The notes under the pieces are model-generated. The model did no database searches, had not been told where the DNA came from, and saw nothing but the letters and a program-made list of their open reading frames with translations. A program made the translations under genes and the position numbers. A stretch of DNA of 63,324 bases, filler included, from Choristocarpus tenellus KU-1152 (Eukaryota; Protista; Phaeophyceae), in assembly GCA_964200185.2 (NCBI GenBank). It is 11 parts of 11 records of this genome, joined end to end, with 100 filler letters (N's around TTAATTAATTAA, not from the genome) between each part and the next. Parts side by side here need not be neighbours in the genome. Positions count along the whole stretch, not along the records: positions 36,096 to 40,249 come from CAXNAD020015945.1; positions 40,350 to 49,407 come from CAXNAD020004036.1; positions 49,508 to 53,856 come from CAXNAD020014985.1; 8 more parts are not named here. The stretch is one strand, 5' to 3'. Each line of letters starts with the position of its first letter. Position 1 is the stretch's first letter. Below, piece after piece: positions 37,681-49,744 of this stretch.

Positions 37681-37900
37681 TCTTTTTCTTATGAGTGTGA
37701 GAAATTAAGCGGGAACATGTTCATGTTCATGTCCATGTTCATGTTCCCTGTTTGTGAAATAGGTGTAAGGGCTGTACTTAGTGTAAGGGATGTACTTAGT
37801 GTAAGGGGGATGAACATATTCATGTCCATGGTCACTACCAACTGTTGTGTTGTTACCACTCTTCAAGCATTGTTCACTTCGTAGGTGGATAGATAGGTTG

Positions 37901-38005
37901 GTAGGTGGGTAGGTAGGTAGGTAGGTAGGTAGGTAGGTAGGTAGGTGGGTAGGTAGGTAGGTGGGTAGGTAGGTAGGTAGGTAGGTAGGTAGGTGGGTAG
38001 GTGGG
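37901..38005. repeat. (GGTA)n microsatellite
   Basis: About 25 GGTA/GGTG units. Confidence 0.95.
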
Positions 38006-38954
38006 TCGGTAGATGTCTGCCTGCTCAAAGCCTTGGAGTGGCCTGTTGAATGATAGTGGACACCAAATATATATATATATATTTATTTTTTCACTCTCTC
38101 AACTTTTGTATCTGGTGACTGTATGTATTTTTAAAAGAATAAATTGCGATATTCTAATTTCTTTATTTTTTTTGTAAGAATAAATTGTGATATTCCAATT
38201 TATTTATTATTTCTGTGGTAGTAGCAGCAGTAGTAGTAGAAGTTGTCATTATTCCATTTTTTTAATTTGTTCAGTAGTAATTTATTACTATTATTATTAT
38301 TTATTTATTTATTTTTAATGTAAGAGAAAGTACAATGTTGTTTGTTCCTCGACAGGAGGTTGTTTGATATGTGGGAGATACAGGTGGGAATCCTTTCCTA
38401 GTACTCCACTGTACTTCCAATCCCTGTATTATTATTATTATTATTATTATTGATAATATTACTACTATTATTATTATTGTTTAGGGTTAAGGGTTAGGTT
38501 TGATTTTGAGTGTTTCAAATATGATTCGTTTTTTCTACTGTTAGCTGAGAAACTCTGTTGTAAATTATGGTGGAATCGTGTTGTACCCTTTTGTGTGAGA
38601 AATTGCCATCTTTTTTTTGTTGGAAAAAAGTTGAACCCCAGTAGTGCCAGAGTAGTGGTCGCAGTCACTCCTCGCCAAAACTTTGGGAACATGTTGTAAT
38701 TTTATTTTATTTCTATCTTTAAAATATAATCAACAGAAGACTCTTTTTTTTAGTAATGTATTTCCCTTGGGTGCTGAGAGGAGAAGAGTGCAAAATGATC
38801 AGACAAGCCTGGGCTGCTACTCTTAGATCCGAATTTTGATAAATGTCTTCCTCTCTGAAGAATAGTCCAAGTTTGAGTTTAAAATATGGATATAATCATG
38901 CCACACACACACAGCAAAGGCGAACTTTTTTTATTCCCTTCACTCTTTGTGATA

Positions 38955-39205
38955 ATTTTAATTTGAACACAATTTTATTATTTGAGTTTGAACACAATTA
39001 TCATGATTTGAATTTGAATACAATTATTATTATTTGAATTGAACACAATTATTACGATTTGAATTTGAACACATTTTTATTATTTGGGTTTGAACACAGT
39101 TATCGTGATTTGAATTTGAATACAATTTCATTTATTTGAATTTGAATCAATTTTTTATGATTTGAATTTGAGCACAATTATTTTATTTTTATTTGAATTT
39201 GAACG
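38955..39205. repeat. Degenerate ~25-bp minisatellite, about 10 copies
   Basis: TTTGAATTTGAACACAATT(A/T)TTAT(T/G)A-like units in tandem. Confidence 0.85.
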
Positions 39206-39965
39206 CAAGAAATTGCCATCAAATGGGACCCTTTGGAAGATAAGAATTTGTTGAGAACCTTCTGCCGTGCGTTGGAAAAAGACAATCAACCACATATTTG
39301 TTTTTTTTTGAAGTCCGTATATATATATATATATGCAACACATTTTTTTTTAATCTGTTTTTTCATATTTTTTCAGAAGGTAACACGATAATATTTAGAT
39401 GGTTCCGAGCAAATAGAAGAAAAATTACGAAATTTGAGTAAAACGTTTGTGTTCCTATAATAATGCAAGGTGAGAGTGTACGATATGCTTTCTTTTTCTT
39501 TCTTTTTCTCCGAAAGGCTATTTATTCATTGCTCTTTGAAATGGATGGAGGATCTTATGGCATTGGCTCTTGAAGGTCTTGTCTGTTAGCGTGAAGCGAC
39601 TGCGATCAATACGACCTGGTGACAGAATCAACAGTAATAGTATTATTTTCATTTTTTGATTTTAAAAAATTAGAAAAAAAACGTGAGGTCTAGACTAGTT
39701 GTGCAGCACTTTTTATTATTTTGTTTTGATTAAAAAAAAAAAAAAAAAGAGAAAAAGAGAAAAAAAAACATGGATTCTAGCTTTGCACATATTTTTTCTT
39801 CTTCTGTGAAGTGAATATTTTTCACCATCCGAGGTTTTTATTTTATTTTATTTTAATTTATTATTTTTGACAGGTTCAACACCAGGGCCAAAACACTGAC
39901 CAGGCCACTCTACTGAGCCAGCATGAACATCTCCAAAAAGGGGACAACAATTGTCAATAATGTAC

Positions 39966-40249
39966 TGACTCCTCATCTATTGAATTACTATTCTATGACT
40001 CATCATCTATTGAATTACTATTCTGTGACTCATCATCTATTGAATTACTATTCTGTGACTCATCATCTATTGAATTACTATTCTGTGACTCATCATCTAT
40101 TGAATTACTATTCTGTGACTCATCATCTATTGAATTACTATTCTATGACTCATCATCTATTGAATTACTATTCTGTGACTCATCATCTATTGAATTACTA
40201 TTCTGTGACTCATCATCTATTGAATTACTATTCTGTGACTCATCATCTA
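39966..40249. repeat. 30-bp minisatellite, at least 9.5 copies, running into the contig end
   Basis: TGACTCATCATCTATTGAATTACTATTCT(G/A) repeated head-to-tail with no spacers. Confidence 0.97.
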
Positions 40250-40349
40250 NNNNNNNNNNNNNNNNNNNNNNNNNNNNNNNNNNNNNNNNNNNNTTAATTA
40301 ATTAANNNNNNNNNNNNNNNNNNNNNNNNNNNNNNNNNNNNNNNNNNNN
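40250..40349. other. Artificial contig linker
   Basis: 44 N + TTAATTAATTAA + 44 N. Confidence 0.99.
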
Positions 40350-40372
40350 CCCCCCCCCCCCCCCCCCCCTTC

Positions 40373-40426
<54 letters not shown>

Positions 40427-42208
40427 CGAGCTCAGCACAGACTGGCTGTGCCATGCCCTCCTATGCCCCCGATCCCCTTGTGTAGAGGTGTGCATAATAC
40501 CAGAGTGAAAGGCTCCCTCCTGGCTCCCATAGGTTTCCACAGTCCCCCTACTCTTCCCCCCACCCCCGACAGGCTTGACATCCCTGTTTTGGTTGCAGTT
40601 GTTGGAATCCATCCACTCAAGCCGAGGCAGTGAAGGACTAGTGCAATTTCTCATCTGCACATCACCCTGTACAGTAACAAAGAAATTAGTTGGACCATGG
40701 AACCTCTGTTTGCTTATACGGAGAGGTGGGGCACACTATATATGCACACTATATATGCAAGAAACCAGATTCAAAAAGTTTAAAAGGGAGCACGTACAAC
40801 TCTTCAGCGTATAGCAAGAACAACTTATAAACAAGGCAACCAGAAGATTGACCGCCTAGGTTTTTCAGCCAAAAGGTATCAAATCAACCTTCCAACAACG
40901 CCTCTCATGCCAACAGTAGTCATGAGTGTTCTCAGTTCATTTTTTATTTTGTCTGTTTAAGGTCTATTTCCCCAAATGATTTTAGATCCACAAAGTCAGA
41001 CTGAGCCTGTCCAGCCACAGATACCTTATTTTAAAGAAATGGAAAAAAAAAAATCTAACCTAGAACCGTCTTTGTCTGACTTGGTCAAAAAATAGAAAAA
41101 ACAGGGAAATAGTTTGCGAGGAGCCTAGGAATGGACAAATTAACCGACTCTGTTGATGGCCTCAGTGAGAGCATGCTACACCTAGTCCTTGCCAATACTT
41201 GACTACAAGAGAAAGATAGATTGCGGGTCACAATTGCCCTGAATCCTCACAAAATATTATCATACTGACTCAAAATGACTTTGCTTCGATCAGAAATGAC
41301 TTAAGCCTTACAATGCTGCTACTATGAGATGCACAATATCATCTACCTCTGGGACTAAACCAACGTATGGAGGATGGTAATTGACACTGTTGTGGAGTAT
41401 GGACCATAGCTACAGGGATAACACATTGGAGCACACCGATGTCACATGTACAGCTCCAGTGCACCAAATAGGTGGCCACAGGTCACTACAGGGCAACTAA
41501 AAGCAGCCCAGAACTGATCTTCAGAGTGAAACTTTTGAACATTTCTTCCCTGAGAACCATAGTTTTCCCATGAGATCAAAAAGAAGAGGCATCTTTGAGT
41601 TGGTTAACTTCATCTTCCCAAACCTGTCTCAAACTGTTTCCTGATAAATTAAATAACCTATGGCAAATCACCTTCCGTCTATGCCAAATTTTCAAACAAT
41701 GTCCACTATTCTCCTGCATTGTGATAAGCTTCATCCCAATCCGCACTTAAGAACTATGTTCTGAATAGCTGTTGACTAGTAAAAAAACTCATAATGATTG
41801 ACTGGTTACAGAGTAAAATAAACTTCACAAAAAATGGTTCCGGAATATTCTTGGGGTTCATTACATTGTCCGTCTGACTCAGAGCTTTTCAACAATACAT
41901 CGGTTATTGATTGTTGTGTTCCACCTATCTCCACAAATAACTCCACATGTGGAGGAGGGAGGTGTATACTGTGAACATTGCTTTTTGTATGTACAGCACG
42001 CCTTCCACCAGAACGCTAAAACCATTACATCTTTCATTCGGCCCAGAAGGACGCACAAACCTCGTATCAAGAGACTCAATGAACAGTAACAAAATCTTGC
42101 AAAGAGTCTGTTCATCAAGAACACGCGACAAAAGATACAATTCCTCCAACCACTCGCATGCAGCAAAGCACACACACACACACACACACACACACCTCCA
42201 TCCTGTCA

Positions 42209-44050
42209 CTAACCCAGGACACCCACCTCAGAATCAAGAGGGCGCTTCTCCCTGCACGATGTCTCAACAACATCAGGCCCACAGCTGGCTGGCCTTGAAG
42301 GAGACAAACGGCCCTCATGACCATCACTTTCAGGTCTCCTGTGCCCGCTGGAAGCAAACCTTCCAGGACTACCCCTATCACTATCACGATGACTCCAGCT
42401 TGCATTCCTGCCCCATACTACTCGTCCTCTTCCTCCCCCCCCCCCTCCCCCCCCTGGCCCCATCGACATCTCCCCGCCCCCCCCAACCCCTGGCTCGCAG
42501 AACTCCCCTGCCCGATCTGCCCTTTCCGCTCTATCAGCCGCCTCTGCCAACTCTGCCAAGCGAAATGCCTCCGGCCTCAGTGGCTCGCTAGCATGCCGAC
42601 GGTGTGGATGTATTGCTTGTTGGGGCTGGGACTGGGGCTGGGGGTAGCGCTGCGGTGAGTAAGACTGCATTGCGCTCAGCATACCCGTGGGTGGCGGCGG
42701 CCGGGTCTGTGGTGGCAGCCTTTGCCCACGGTGATTGTAACTATGGTACGTGTGGTGGTGAGGTGGGTAGTGAGACTCATCCCACCTTTGGTGTGCATGG
42801 TTCTGGTCACGGTATTGGTACTGGTACGGGTAGTTATGATAACCCTCACGGCGCACACTAGGGTACTCTTCCTGCCTTTGTTCTCTCTGTTGGTGAGGGG
42901 GTGAGGGGAAGAGACCGTTGTTTCGCATGTAGCTAGGGGGTGGCTCATAGCTGGCGCAACGACCAAACTGTGGCCCGTTAAGCATACGGCGATGTGAGCT
43001 TGTTGCCCGTCCCTCTCTCACAACCTCGCCTTCAATCATGTCAGCTCTGTCATCTGGAGCCCTTCGACGTTTCTGGCAGGGCTCATCGTATCCACTACAA
43101 CCTATGGTACTATCCTTGGACCATGAGTGGTTCAGTCCCAATCCTCTGGATACCGGTCTTGGCACTCCACTTCTCCGACCATGTGGACTTCCTTCATCCT
43201 CTACATCGCCTGAATCAATCCTCTCATTCCATTCCCCCCCGGCCCTACCCTCCCCCCCAAAGTTGTCAAATGAACCCTGGCGGCAAGCCCCCACAGGCCT
43301 GACATTACATCCACTGCCACCACTGATGCCAAAACACCCAGGAATGTTCCGGCTACTCCCTCCCTCCTTATCACTTCCTTTCCAGTGAGGCGCACCAACC
43401 TCGACACCCTCCTCACACTTGACAGAGAGGTGAGCAGGGAGCTCCTTGCGACCTGTCAGTGCAAGCAGGCGATGCTTGAGGAGATTCCTGGGAGACGGCT
43501 TTTGTTCCATCATGGTACTGGGATCGGTTCCACTACCTAACACCTTGCTTCCTGAAGAAGGGGAAGATTGGACTGAAGGCAACGGATGAGGAGATGCACA
43601 TCGACCGGGGGGAGAGGGGGGCTTCCTGCCATGAGCCAGCCATGCTGCTCCCCCAGCCCCATCACTTTGCACCCTTTGATGAAGCTGCTTCTTTAGGCCA
43701 AGTGTTCGCCGTGGTGGAAGCTGGGAACATGAACCAGAACCACCCCCAGTTCCATTCCTACCCCCTGAAGGACTCTCTTTCCCTCCTACCCTTGCCAATA
43801 TCCCAGCAGCTACCCTGCCCTCTGCTCCAACATCCTCTGCATTTGGAGAATCTCTCTCATCCGGCTGGCACCCTTCATCCTCCATCGCATCCAAAGGAAT
43901 CCTATCACGAGTTTTGTACCAAGAAGTTGTAGCGGGTGCATCCCCCACGCATCTCCTACCACCGCCCCTCTCAACTTGATCAGTCCCCTCTTCATCAGAA
44001 CACGATTCACCCAAATCCTTTGCCTTGCATTCCGGGCAAGCCCATGTACC
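42209..44050 (-). CDS. PHD-finger protein, large exon (end of PHD plus ~600-aa low-complexity region)
   Basis: Acceptor TTTTGGCAG at 44051; exon begins GTWACPECKAK in frame with the 601-aa ORF, which is G/S/P/H/Q-rich. Ends at the stop at 42209 or at a possible donor GAG|GTGGGT after 42227. Confidence 0.85.
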   Translation of the reverse strand, partial: GTWACPECKAKDLGESCSDEEGTDQVERGGGRRCVGDAPATTSWYKTRDRIPLDAMEDEGCQPDERDSPNAEDVGAEGRVAAGILARVGGKESPSGGRNGTGGGSGSCSQLPPRRTLGLKKQLHQRVQSDGAGGAAWLAHGRKPPSPPGRCASPHPLPSVQSSPSSGSKVLGSGTDPSTMMEQKPSPRNLLKHRLLALTGRKELPAHLSVKCEEGVEVGAPHWKGSDKEGGSSRNIPGCFGISGGSGCNVRPVGACRQGSFDNFGGEGRAGGEWNERIDSGDVEDEGSPHGRRSGVPRPVSRGLGLNHSWSKDSTIGCSGYDEPCQKRRRAPDDRADMIEGEVVREGRATSSHRRMLNGPQFGRCASYEPPPSYMRNNGLFPSPPHQQREQRQEEYPSVRREGYHNYPYQYQYRDQNHAHQRWDESHYPPHHHTYHSYNHRGQRLPPQTRPPPPTGMLSAMQSYSPQRYPQPQSQPQQAIHPHRRHASEPLRPEAFRLAELAEAADRAERADRAGEFCEPGVGGGGEMSMGPGGGGGGGGRGRVVWGRNASWSHRDSDRGSPGRFASSGHRRPESDGHEGRLSPSRPASCGPDVVETSCREKRPLDSEVGVLG

Positions 44051-44583
44051 CTGCCAAAACAGAGAGTATCGTTGAAATTTCGTTATAATATAGGCTGTTG
44101 GAGGCCAGAGTTAGGGCAAGAGCCAGAACGCCAATCAGCCAATTCTTGTCCAAAAGTTAACAATAGTTTCAATGAGGGGTGTGGGCAAAGGTCAGATATT
44201 CATGATCGAGAAAGGCTGAGAAAGGTACAAGAGACACCATACATCGCAATCGGAGAACCTAGCTCCTCAATGTAAACAGGACCAAGGCACTGGTGCCAGG
44301 CGAGAGGCTTTGCCAAGCGGCTGTAACTTCAGGGACACGGTCACCATGTGGAGCGCGCACAAGAATCTCAGCCCTCGGTTCACTCAACATCCTGACACAT
44401 AAACAATCTTGACACGTACACATCATCTTCAGCGATGCAGCTTGACACCTTGGGCAGGCCGCCTCAGTAGACAATGCATTCCAGTCCCGTTTTCTGGAGG
44501 TCAGTCAGCCCCTTCGTGCTGATTGGCCCATCCATCCATCTCCCATTGCAAAGATCGCCGCTACTTACTGGCTGCTAGAGATT

Positions 44584-44625
44584 ATACATGTGACCATACA
44601 TGTGACCATACATGTGACCATACAT
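44584..44625. repeat. 12-bp tandem repeat, 3.5 copies
   Basis: ATACATGTGACC repeated. Confidence 0.9.
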
Positions 44626-46775
44626 TCGCCCACTATTGCTCCATCCATACCCACACACACAATGCACCAGAGAACCCTTCCAAACACAATCGAGGATATA
44701 CCCATACTAACTAGATAACTAGAGGTACTGAGCTTTCGGTCGCAGCTCTACCCTGCTGCATACAAACAACATATCCCTTTCCCTTGGCAATAATTGACTA
44801 ACCGGCCTGCATGTTGTACCTCTGGTACAGACTTCCCCTGGCCACTAGCTTCATCCTGCCCCAACCAAGGCAACGGTACATCAGTGGGTGTCTGGTCTGT
44901 GTGTTGGGGGGGCCTTGTTTTACGGCTGTCTGGTGGGTGAGGATGCAGTTATCTCAGAACTTGATCCCCAGCCAGACGTATGTTGACATAACTTCCCCCT
45001 TCACTCTCGTGACCTGTAGGGTCGTCCACACAAGACTCCTTACAACCATTTTTGAGTATGTCACTTCTTTAAATTAATCTCAGCTACGATTTTTCGAACC
45101 AAAGCCTAGAGGTTGGTCAACACCATCATCGTTCTCTTTCAGTGACAGTCGATCACATACCATTTCCAATATATTTCCAAGCAGTAGACATGATGCCTGT
45201 GCCGTTAAAATCTGGTGCACATATTGGGTGCTCTGTTGTCTGTGATGTTGGTTGAGAGCACGGGTGGATGCCGGACTAGTTAGTGGCACAGTTGGCAGAG
45301 GAAGGCTGCCATCCTGATGGGTCCTAATTTGGGCAACTAATCAATTCTACCAGCTAGAGGAACCTGCTGTGTAACTGCAGGTAAGTATGGTATGATGGAC
45401 GAGGCTTGGAAAGAAGAAGTAGGAAGCTTTGAAGTATTCTGTGCGTGGAAGGGGGAGGCCTTTTACCTGTTCAATCAGCTTTGCTGGTTGCTACTAGAAT
45501 ATCAGAGGGTGTCAGGCATGCACTGTATGGCATTCAAAAATGCCTCGGTGACTGGGGAGGCTTAAGCAGGGTTTGCTGGGGCAATGAATGACAGTGCAGA
45601 CCAAAACAACATGCCCTTCTTTATCAGCGGAGGTCTTTTAGGTGGGGAAGGGCTGTTTTTGGGGTGAATTTTTTGTTGTTCACAGTGAACCTGTAGCAGG
45701 GTGTAGATGAGGCATAGAAAGGTGTATACCAGACCACTGTCCATTCCAGTGGTCGGAAAATATATCTTCGGATGTATTTGTATGCCCATGAAGGGGACAT
45801 GGGTCGGGAAAGGCTTAGGAATAGATTTCAAGACCTCCAACAACAAGCACTATTACAAATGTAACTGCCGATCATACAAATAAAGATGCGCATTACTGAA
45901 GAATAATGTATTATCACTATAGTTCTTATCACTATAAATGTATCTTCACACTGCAAGGTCGCTCTGCATATCCATGCGCAACCACTACCACCTCTAAGGC
46001 ACAAGAAGTCACCATCCTCAAACAGTACTTTCTGAAAATGAGAAAACCTCACGCCGTCCAAGATTCAAACCTCAACCACTCTAATAACAGAGTGAGAGCA
46101 CAGGTGTTGCTCAGTGGGTGGCACACTCTAGTACAGTTTGAACAAGAAAAAAGTTGCCATACTTCAATGCTTTAAATTGCAAAGTAAAATCTACATGCAA
46201 TACCTATACGCAAGCTAGCCTTCTGTTGATACCCTGATCAACCACAAATATAAATATATATATATATATCCAAGAATGCAGGGAGGAATTAGCTGCATGA
46301 GCTCTGCGTGCTTCTTTGAGGTATACCTTCCATTTGAAATCCACAATCCACAGGTATAATATTTTTAAAAAGTTAAACTACACTTTGCATCGGCCACATG
46401 ACGTTTGCTCCCCTTCACTTTGTAATAAATTACATAGGGAGCTTATCAGCGAATTACATAGGGTTTCAGTTCAGTCAGGGTTGTTACTAAGAAAAAACTC
46501 TTGACAGTGTACAGCCCCCGATCAAAACTTACCACAAAAGACAACTGTGTGTGTGTTACATTCCGAGAATGTACCTCTTTGTAGAAAGACACATCATCCA
46601 TTATTAGGGTTCAGCAATTCAAACAAAAATTTTACAAGGAGTGCTTACTTTTTGTGTTTCTTCAACAGTCCCTTTTAACTGATCATGAAAAAGGGGTCAT
46701 GGCAGTAAGCAATGCATGAAGCGCCTCCGCCCAAGCCCTATCATTTTATGAATTCACGAGCCATGTATCTATGTA

Positions 46776-47067
46776 CTCCCTCCCTTTTCCATAAGTTCGC
46801 AGGATCACATGTATAACTCTTTGAGATCAACTCTTATTGCAAAACGGATTGCTGCGCTCGACTCCTCAACACGTCTCGGATTAGAATCAACCGTTGGCAC
46901 TTGTCCTCCTCTGCATCAATCCACCAAGCAAGCACCGCTTTGGGGAGTGTCTTTTGTCAATTTCCATTGCTCTCACCAACCCCCCCACACCCCCCCCCCC
47001 CCCCCCCCCCCCCTCCTCNNNNNNNNNNCCCCCCCCCTCCCGGGGTGGTGTTTTTTTTTTTTTTCTT

Positions 47068-47098
<31 letters not shown>

Positions 47099-48500
47099 TT
47101 TCCTGCCTTTGCCTGCTTCCCGTGTGCTCGACCTCAAAAATCGTTACCACCTCGTGGTCTGAGCACACTTGCGTGTACCTCTTGAAAACACTCTGCCACA
47201 ACCTCTCACAAGCGTCTCCCTGCCGTACTCATCAAACATTGCCAAAATGCCTCCCAACCATCTCGTCAAATCATCTCGCAACCCTCCTTCCATAGTCCAC
47301 TCTCGAGGGACCCAAAAAAACCCACACATCGTCTACCTTCACCTTCACATCTGGCAACCGCGCTGCCTGCACCAGGAGCTTGATATCCCCCATTCCCCCT
47401 CCCCCACCGGCCTCCTTGAGCTTCCACAGTGCGCCGTGGCCGGTGTGGGGCATGGTGCCATCCTGTTGAGCGATCACATCCCAATGACCTAACCAGGGCA
47501 ACTTCTGCTTGATCATCGGCAGAATAGTCCCCACGAACCACCTCTAGTACCATACGTGGTCGATCATCACATCACACTGGTACTCCTCGCCACTCGTGCG
47601 TCTCACCGTGGTCCCCTAGGCCTCCTTCGGTATGCAAACCCTCCAGATCCCAATCTTATACCGTGGGAGTTACGGAATGGACCCGGCCGCGAAACGGCAG
47701 AGATGAACATGACCTTGGGGATGCGCGACTCTTGGCTCTTTGTGCTGCACCTTGGTCGACCTCACCTTTTTTTCCTCCTCCACAGGGATCATTTCAGGAA
47801 AAGTTCAGACCTTCTGCCTGTCACGGATGACGTGACGTAGAACCACATCTCACCGACGCAGACGGAGTTGCCACAGGTCCTGTATGTCCTCCAGTACCGG
47901 GGCAACTTGACCCAGGCACAAGTCTACCTGTTCCCTCCAGTGGGAGAACGAAAGCTTCCGGACAACTTGTCCAAGCTCCATTCTCATGCCCACATCCCTC
48001 CAGCCAGCGGAAGAGCAATCGCTGAACCCTCGCTGACACCAATCCGGTCAAGCTTGATGGAGAGCTGTCGCAGCGATGATGTACGGTTCTCAACATCCCT
48101 TTCCCGTATCTTCCCAATCTTACATGGGGTGAAGTCCGAGGCCGCCGACCTCATCTTTCTATTGTCATCAGGTTGAGAGTGTATGCATACGCACCTCACC
48201 AACCTGTTCAGTACCTCACAAACCTGTTCAATTACCTGTTTCCAGAGGCGCCCGGGATAATTCTTGCCAACCTTGAACTCCTACGCCCAGCGCGTAGGGC
48301 GCTGCCAATACCATTGGGTAGGCGTTTTGCCACAGGAGGGAGGTCCATGGCGTACCCCACAGCGAGGTCGCGGCGACCGCCCTCGCTCGGTTGGCATCCC
48401 GTTTTTGTGCATTGTGGGGCTCTCTGCATGACCTGATGGGCTCTGCATGTCACCTGTGGGACTCATGGGGTCGCCGATAGCACCCCCGATGGTCGCCATC
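46776..48500 (-). mobile_element. Tc1/mariner (DD39D plant-mariner-like) transposase pseudogene inside the PHD gene intron
   Basis: Minus-strand motifs VCVGEMWFYV (decayed HVDEKWFY), SRIPKVMFISAVSRP, ILPMIKQKLPW, AQQDGTMPHTG, LLVQAARLPDV..DD. Terminus TA-CTCCCTCC at 46774-83. Stops and frameshifts; second TIR not found. Confidence 0.85.
47019..47028. other. 10-N scaffold gap in a poly-C tract
   Basis: Ten N between homopolymer C runs. Confidence 0.95.
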
Positions 48501-49138
48501 TCTGTTCTTGGGTGCTCGTTGTTGTTTGAGGTGCTGGGGGTGGTAGTTCACGCCTTCTAAGAGCCGGGGTAATTTCCGCCTGGAAATGCCTGAAAATACC
48601 TGATTTTCAGTTCTACTTTTCAGAACTGTTCCGGAATCGAATTCAGGGTAACAGACTTTCTACAACAACAAAAAAAAAACGGCACATACGGAAAAAAATA
48701 TTTTAATAGGGTAACTAACACACACGCCATCATAAACTATACCGCACACAGTGCCATACACAATATCACAGCATTGAGCATTTTGATTTCCAAGGTGTGA
48801 AATCTTGCTGACGGGGGGTCATGGGGTCCCGAAAAATGTGTTCGAACGGGGCTAGTCCAGGTTCACCAGATTCTTTAATGGGCCCGGGTCAAGGGCCAGT
48901 CAGCCAGTTCAGTGAAACACTTGAGTATCATACAGAACTCCGATATAGAGCATTTAGAGCAGTTTCTAGACAAGGGGCCCTTGAGAAGAAGATTGCAACC
49001 AGCAAGGATAAACTTGGTCAACACATCATCAACAAAAAAGACAGCACGTATGTACAGGGGTATTTATTACACTCATGAAGCACAAAACCCTCCATCCAAA
49101 TTTATACACACATGGGCACACACACCACCCTCACACAC

Positions 49139-49305
49139 CTCAGGTGAAGCACACACAGGTGAACGGAGACAGCGGAGGTGGTACGATACAGGACAAAAGC
49201 TGCAGGAAAGAAAGTCTCCCTCTGCCTGGCACACCACACACAGAGTGTCGTGCCCTCCTGTCCACAGCGCCTGGGACTGCTTTGTGCTCCAGGTAGAGCT
49301 CTTTC
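49139..49305 (-). CDS. PHD-finger protein, exon with the first six zinc ligands
   Basis: HDTLCVVCQAEGDFLSCSFCPVSYHLRCLRSPVCASPE, donor GTGTGT at 49138. Phase-0 splice to 44050 completes C4HC3 with WACPEC. The acceptor position is less certain. Confidence 0.85.
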
Positions 49306-49407
49306 CTGTTCCCCAAATCGATTGAATACAACAGGGTCGGCATGGCAAGTTGACAAAATAGACAGGCTACATATACGAAGGGGGAGGGGTCGGGGGGGGG
49401 GGGGGGG

Positions 49408-49507
49408 NNNNNNNNNNNNNNNNNNNNNNNNNNNNNNNNNNNNNNNNNNNNTTAATTAATTAANNNNNNNNNNNNNNNNNNNNNNNNNNNNNNNNNNNNN
49501 NNNNNNN
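49408..49507. other. Artificial contig linker
   Basis: 44 N + TTAATTAATTAA + 44 N. Confidence 0.99.
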
Positions 49508-49544
49508 CCTGGTGTAGACCCTCCCCCCCCCCCAGATACTTTGG

Positions 49545-49744
49545 TTCAATATCCTTGTTCCAGATTCATCTTCTCACATCATATGCATTTTATATACTCC
49601 GAAATGTTTCGGAGTAGGAAAATGTAATTAAAAAAAACCGTGGGAAGTCAAGCTCAAACGGACAAACGGGGTAAAACTCATACCCTATAGGATACTTTCA
49701 CTCCAAACAGGGCAAACCTACCACCCTCTTAAATGCTTTGACTC
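49545..49744 (-). mobile_element. MITE family C partial copy plus a second terminus
   Basis: TACTCCGAAATGTTTCGGAGTAG palindrome; end GATACTTTCACTC at 49703; another end AATGCTTTGACTC at 49744. Abuts a family B end (49508-49544). Confidence 0.75.

Noticed and set aside
39966-40249. CRISPR array
   Set aside because: Units are contiguous with no unique spacers, no cas genes are present, and the context is eukaryotic.
41947-43932. Several plus-strand ORFs (214, 113, 116, 112 aa)
   Set aside because: They are antisense shadows of the GC-rich PHD-gene exon.
44259-44495. Cys-rich ORF (CPRC...CQDC) as the second half of the PHD finger
   Set aside because: Its acceptor phase does not match, and the exon at 44050 supplies the canonical W.C..C. 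It may be a LINE C-terminal relic, but this is unproven.
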